A stretch of 64,000 nt of DNA from Aulosira sp. ZfuVER01 (lineage in GTDB: Bacteria; Cyanobacteriota; Cyanobacteriia; Cyanobacteriales; Nostocaceae). The DNA lies in NCBI GenBank assembly GCA_034530615.2, contig JAVRCV020000063.1, positions 1-64,000 of the forward strand. Reading direction: 5' to 3'. Made by a program: the position numbers and the translations under genes. The notes below the pieces were generated by a model. The model searched no databases and was not told the DNA's origin. It saw only the letters and a program-made list of their open reading frames with translations. How positions within the stretch are numbered: position 1 is the stretch's first letter; every line of letters begins with the position of its first letter. This document shows, piece by piece, positions 60,205 through 64,000 of the stretch.

Positions 60205-62046
60205 CTATAAGCCTTCAGATTGGTGCTGATTGGCAAGCATCTGATATGTAACTTGGAAATCATCATTTGTAATCTGAATCAAGCTGGAGTCGCTTAATCC
60301 CTGGGCGCGGTATCGACGAATTGCGCTTAAAGCCGCTTGATTGCTCAACAAAGCTAAGTCTGCACCATTCCAACCTTCGGTAACTGTCGCCCAAGTTTCT
60401 AAATCGACATCAACGAGGGGACGATCTAGATTGTGAACTCGTAAAATTGCTAATCGGCTGGCTGGATCTGGTAGATCGATTTTGATTTGTAAGTCTAATC
60501 TTCCGGCTCTGAGCAAGGCAGGATCGAGGGTTTCTGGACGATTGGTTGCTCCTACTAACAGTACTTTCGGGCATTCATGTAACCCATCCAATTCGGTGAG
60601 CAGTTGACCAACAACGCGATCGCTAACTCCAGAATCACCACTGAATCTTCCCCGTGCTGGTGCTAGGGTATCAATTTCATCTACAAACACAACGCAAGGT
60701 GCTGCTTGTCGAGCTTTGCCAAAGAGTTCTCTGACTGCTTGTTCTGCGGCTCCTACCCATCGGCTGAGTAATTCCGGGCCATTCACAGCAATAAAGTTGG
60801 CTCTCGCCTGAGAAGCGATCGCTTTTGCTAGTAATGTTTTTCCCGTTCCCGGCGGCCCCCACAACAGAATCCCACGGGGCGGCTGGGCTTTGGTTTGCTC
60901 GTATAGTTCGGGATAGAGGAGTGCGCCCTCTACAGATTCTTGAAGTTTTTGCTTAACATCATCCAATCCACCAATGTCATCCCAACTTACATTTGGTGCT
61001 TCAACTGCTACAGATCTCAGAACCGAGGGTTTTATCTCCTTAATTGCTTCGAGAAAATCCTGCTGAATGATAGTCATGTTCTCAGGAATCGGACTGTTGA
61101 GCGAGGGGACTTGACGACGCAGGGCAATGTAGGCGGCTTTTTGACAAAGTGCTTTGATATCGGCACCGACAAAACCGACGGCTAAATCCGCGATCGCTCC
61201 TAAATCAACCGCAGTCTCCAAGGGCATGGCACTTGTCAAAATTTTGAGAATTTCCAATCTTCCATTGCGATCGGGAACGCGAAAATGAACTTCGCGATCG
61301 AAGCGTCCCGGACGACGCAGTGCCGGATCGAGATAATCGGGACGATTTGTTGCTGCTAGTACGAGTACGCCCTCAGTTTTAGCAAACCCATCCATTAACC
61401 CCAGCAACTGCGCCACTAGTCTTTTTTCAACTTCACCTTCTACTTGGCTGCGATCTGGGGCGAGACTGTCAATTTCATCAATAAATATCAGACAGGGAGC
61501 AGAACGAGTTGCTTTCTCAAAAATGCTTCGCAAACGGGCTTCTGCTTCCCCGTAATACTTGCTCATCACCTCAGGGCCATTGATGGCAATGTAGTTTAAC
61601 TCTAACTCTTCTGCCAAAACACGGGCTGTTAAAGTTTTTCCTGTACCGGGAGGGCCAACTAGTAAAACCCCACGCGGAGGTTCTAAGCCTAATTTCGCCA
61701 ATAAATCAGGACGTTTTAGAGGAATTTCGACTAACTCTCTGATTTCCTTGAGAACATCACCCAAGCCGCCGACATCTTGCCAAGGAGCTTTTGAGTTCGT
61801 CCGAGGTGATGGGGGAGTGACTTCAACATCATCCATTGGTGTCGCTGTATCGGTGCTGCCAACGGTGGAATTAGATCGGACTCGGCTGGAATTACTTCTT
61901 CTCGGAATATTGCCTTGCCGGGGAATACTACTGAGATTATGAGAGCGAATTTCAATAGAAGTTTTTAACTCACCTTTCTCTGCTTTTTCTTCTAATGCTT
62001 TGGCTATTTCTAATAGCTGTTCAAATCCTTTAAATATGTCGTCCAT
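60205..62046 (-). CDS. Cdc48/VCP-like double AAA+ ATPase
   Basis: Two GPPGTGKT Walker A, two DEID Walker [12 protein letters not shown] and [14 protein letters not shown]. Confidence 0.93.
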   Translation of the reverse strand: MDDIFKGFEQLLEIAKALEEKAEKGELKTSIEIRSHNLSSIPRQGNIPRRSNSSRVRSNSTVGSTDTATPMDDVEVTPPSPRTNSKAPWQDVGGLGDVLKEIRELVEIPLKRPDLLAKLGLEPPRGVLLVGPPGTGKTLTARVLAEELELNYIAINGPEVMSKYYGEAEARLRSIFEKATRSAPCLIFIDEIDSLAPDRSQVEGEVEKRLVAQLLGLMDGFAKTEGVLVLAATNRPDYLDPALRRPGRFDREVHFRVPDRNGRLEILKILTSAMPLETAVDLGAIADLAVGFVGADIKALCQKAAYIALRRQVPSLNSPIPENMTIIQQDFLEAIKEIKPSVLRSVAVEAPNVSWDDIGGLDDVKQKLQESVEGALLYPELYEQTKAQPPRGILLWGPPGTGKTLLAKAIASQARANFIAVNGPELLSRWVGAAEQAVRELFGKARQAAPCVVFVDEIDTLAPARGRFSGDSGVSDRVVGQLLTELDGLHECPKVLLVGATNRPETLDPALLRAGRLDLQIKIDLPDPASRLAILRVHNLDRPLVDVDLETWATVTEGWNGADLALLSNQAALSAIRRYRAQGLSDSSLIQITNDDFQVTYQMLANQHQSEGL

Positions 62047-62088
62047 TGATTTTACTTAAATAAAAGGTAGAGAAAAATCTAATTTCAA

Positions 62089-62256
62089 TAGGCTTCTTGC
62101 ACGAATGTTGAAAACAAGAATTTTTTATCTCACGCAGAGAAGCCACTGCGTTGGGCGGGTTTCCCGACTTGAAGCAAGTGGCGCGCGCAGAGGCGCAGAG
62201 AGTTACAGAGAAATAAACTGTTTAGTAGCCATGAAATGATTTATGCAAGAGGTCTA
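62089..62256. mobile_element. MITE-like element with about 18-bp terminal inverted repeats, containing a nested palindromic repeat
   Basis: TAGGCTTCTTGCACGAAT / ATTTATGCAAGAGGTCTA (14/18 match); nested repeat at about 62141-62182. Confidence 0.6.
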
Positions 62257-62287
62257 ATAATTTTTGATTTTCAATTTTTATTGCTGT

Positions 62288-63058
62288 TTAGTTAGAACTG
62301 AATAATCGCAGACGAGCAAAGTTAAAGGGGGCAGTGAAGTTGTTGTAGCGAATTCGCAAACGTTCTTCAAATTGACGATCGAGTGCTTCAACCTGTTCGC
62401 TAAATTGTGATTCTGCTTCCCAAGGAATTAGGTAGGCTGCGTTGTAAATCATTGTGTCCATTTGGGGGCTATTTTCCACCACATCGATCGCAATTGAGTT
62501 GAGCGTGCCTTGAAATAAATTTATGATGCCTTGTTTGCGATCGCTCATTCCCTGTTCGATGGCTTGTCCTATTTGGATTACCTGCTCCATATTCAGAGGT
62601 TGACCCGCTAGCTTGTCCCTTTCGGTTTTGATATCTGGATTTTCTGCTAACAATCCCTGAATTTCTGCCTCGGTATCCCAAAAGACTTTGACACTAACTT
62701 CTCGACGGCCCGATAACTTTGCTAACAATTGCGTCAATTCTTCTTGATGAGGACGAATTAATTGTTGTGAAAACGTTTCCCAGCTTGCAACCACAAGTCC
62801 AAATTGCACGGGTAGTAAATTGCGTTGGCGTAGCCCGTCGTAGACATCGCCTCCTTGCATGATCTCCTCAAGGACTTTCTCATGACTTAGCAGGTTACGA
62901 CGGCTTGCCAAATAACGCTCCTGCTGTGCTTCGGAGTAGATGACTGCAAAACCATCCAAAATTTTAATTTGTATGGGTTGCCGATCTAAACCCTCTAAAT
63001 TTAAGTTTTCTGGAGCAGGTAAGGTCAAAATGCCATAAATGTAAAAGCCATAACTCAT
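62288..63058 (-). CDS. gvpF: Gas vesicle protein GvpF
   Basis: YIYGIL, RYLASRRNLLSHEKVLE, LPVQFG, RYNNFTAPFNF. Confidence 0.9.
   Translation of the reverse strand: MSYGFYIYGILTLPAPENLNLEGLDRQPIQIKILDGFAVIYSEAQQERYLASRRNLLSHEKVLEEIMQGGDVYDGLRQRNLLPVQFGLVVASWETFSQQLIRPHQEELTQLLAKLSGRREVSVKVFWDTEAEIQGLLAENPDIKTERDKLAGQPLNMEQVIQIGQAIEQGMSDRKQGIINLFQGTLNSIAIDVVENSPQMDTMIYNAAYLIPWEAESQFSEQVEALDRQFEERLRIRYNNFTAPFNFARLRLFSSN
62825..62845. repeat. 21-nt SDR inserted in HIP1, in frame in gvpF
   Basis: GCG[TTGGCGTAGCCCGTCGTAGAC]ATCGC. Confidence 0.85.
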
Positions 63059-63090
63059 AGAAATGTATTACCAAGAAGAATGTAGATGAG

Positions 63091-63268
63091 AAGGCAGGAG
63101 GCAGAGGGCAGAGGGCAGAAGGTTTTATTAAGAAAGGGATTCAGTTTCCTCTTGTCGGGGTTTTAAACCGCAAGTTCGCTACCCTGCGGGAACGCTACGC
63201 GAACGGTTACGGCAAAGGGCAAGATTCAGAATTCCCTTATGCCTCCTGCCTCCTGCCCTCTGCCTTTC
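63091..63268. repeat. Inverted STRR-type heptamer arms enclosing an SDR copy (63180-63204)
   Basis: gaaggcaggaggcagagggcagagggcag...tgcctcctgcctcctgccctctgcc; internal taccctgcgggaacgctacgcgaac. Confidence 0.75.
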
Positions 63269-63274
63269 AAAAAG

Positions 63275-63709
63275 TTACAGGGGCTTAGAGGTGAGTACTA
63301 ATCTTAACTTGGCATGGACTAAGTTTAATTGAGCCAGTCCTAAGTCCAAGTCACCTTCAACCACCACACCTGTATTTAATAGGCGATCGAGGAGTTCTAG
63401 TATAGAGGGTTGACTAGAGGTTTCACCAGGGTAGTATCCTCCAGATTGGGGAAGTAAAGTTCCCATTTCACCCAAGTTAATATTTAGATCGGCTGGATCA
63501 ATATCAAATATCTCGCAAAGCTTAACAACCTGTTGTTCAAGCTTTTGCAGGCTTTCGGCAGCTCGATCTAACTCATAGTCGTTGAGAGTGCCAGCATCCA
63601 TGCGCCGAATCACTTGAGCTTCCATGAGTTGTCGTATCAGCTCAACAACCGTCAATAACAACGGTGCTAAACCTGAATCGGAACCTTTTGATTTGCTAAT
63701 CGCCTGCAT
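63275..63709 (-). CDS. gvpK: Gas vesicle protein GvpK
   Basis: GLAPLLLTVVELIRQLMEAQVIRRMD. Confidence 0.93.
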   Translation of the reverse strand: MQAISKSKGSDSGLAPLLLTVVELIRQLMEAQVIRRMDAGTLNDYELDRAAESLQKLEQQVVKLCEIFDIDPADLNINLGEMGTLLPQSGGYYPGETSSQPSILELLDRLLNTGVVVEGDLDLGLAQLNLVHAKLRLVLTSKPL

Positions 63710-64000
63710 TCTGATGATTAATAGGATTGAGTGCTTTGAGCGATCGCAGTTCTGTTTCTAGACTGGCAACACGCTCTTGAAGTTGTTGATTAGTTGTTAA
63801 TAAGGAACGAGCTTGACTATTGAGGTAGGGGTCGCTCTCCCACCAGTTAATTCCAATCTCTTTGGCTTTATCAACAGAAGAAATCAACAAGCGAATCCGA
63901 ATGTTGAGCAGTTCTGTGGAGCCGACGGAAACAGAAATATCTCCTGCTATAACAATGCCTTTATCCAAAACCCGTTCGAGGATATCTGCCAAGGTAGAAC
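63696..64000 (-). CDS. gvpJ: Gas vesicle protein GvpJ (5' end beyond the window)
   Basis: STLADILERVLDKGIVIAGDI..SVDKAKEIGINWWESDPYL. Confidence 0.92.
   Translation of the reverse strand, partial: STLADILERVLDKGIVIAGDISVSVGSTELLNIRIRLLISSVDKAKEIGINWWESDPYLNSQARSLLTTNQQLQERVASLETELRSLKALNPINHQNAGD

Noticed and set aside
61921..61929. GGGAATACT, resembling a hormogonium SigJ-type promoter motif
   Set aside because: Lies inside the AAA ATPase CDS on the antisense strand; probably chance
1..64000. tRNA/rRNA genes, transposases, integrases
   Set aside because: None recognised by eye; a tRNAscan/HMM search would be needed to exclude them fully

Overview
The window is chromosomal DNA from a heterocyst-forming (Nostocales-type) cyanobacterium, judged from abundant HIP1 (GCGATCGC), STRR/SDR-type micro-repeats, and nif, gvp and ptx genes. 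1-28.2 kb is a mixed accessory block (MFS/MarR/ABC efflux, a TerC/rhodanese island, an ABC-MFP exporter, GST, pentapeptide proteins, oxidoreductases, GNATs, a desaturase). It ends abruptly in the middle of nifE: only the 3' part of nifE is present, and it begins at the centre of an imperfect inverted repeat (28222-28266) that looks like a site-specific recombination site. This suggests a large (>28 kb) excision element or rearrangement interrupting nifE. 28.2-34.2 kb is nifE(3')-nifN-nifX-DUF269-CCE_0567-nifW-hesA-hesB-fdxH-feoA. 34-41 kb holds an amidase locus, a KGK pseudogene, a thioredoxin-NHL protein, an ATP-grasp gene and rtcB. rtcB is split inside its GGG|NH catalytic motif by an 811-nt group I intron that carries a frameshifted HNH homing endonuclease. 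41.5-57.8 kb is a Ptx-type phototaxis cluster with a 7-GAF cyanobacteriochrome MCP, a canonical CheA and a degenerate CheA. 58-64 kb is an adjacent gas-vesicle cluster containing a Cdc48-like double AAA ATPase. Several 21-24 nt mobile repeats sit inside coding sequences. All calls come from reading the sequence and the ORF track; no database searches were run.
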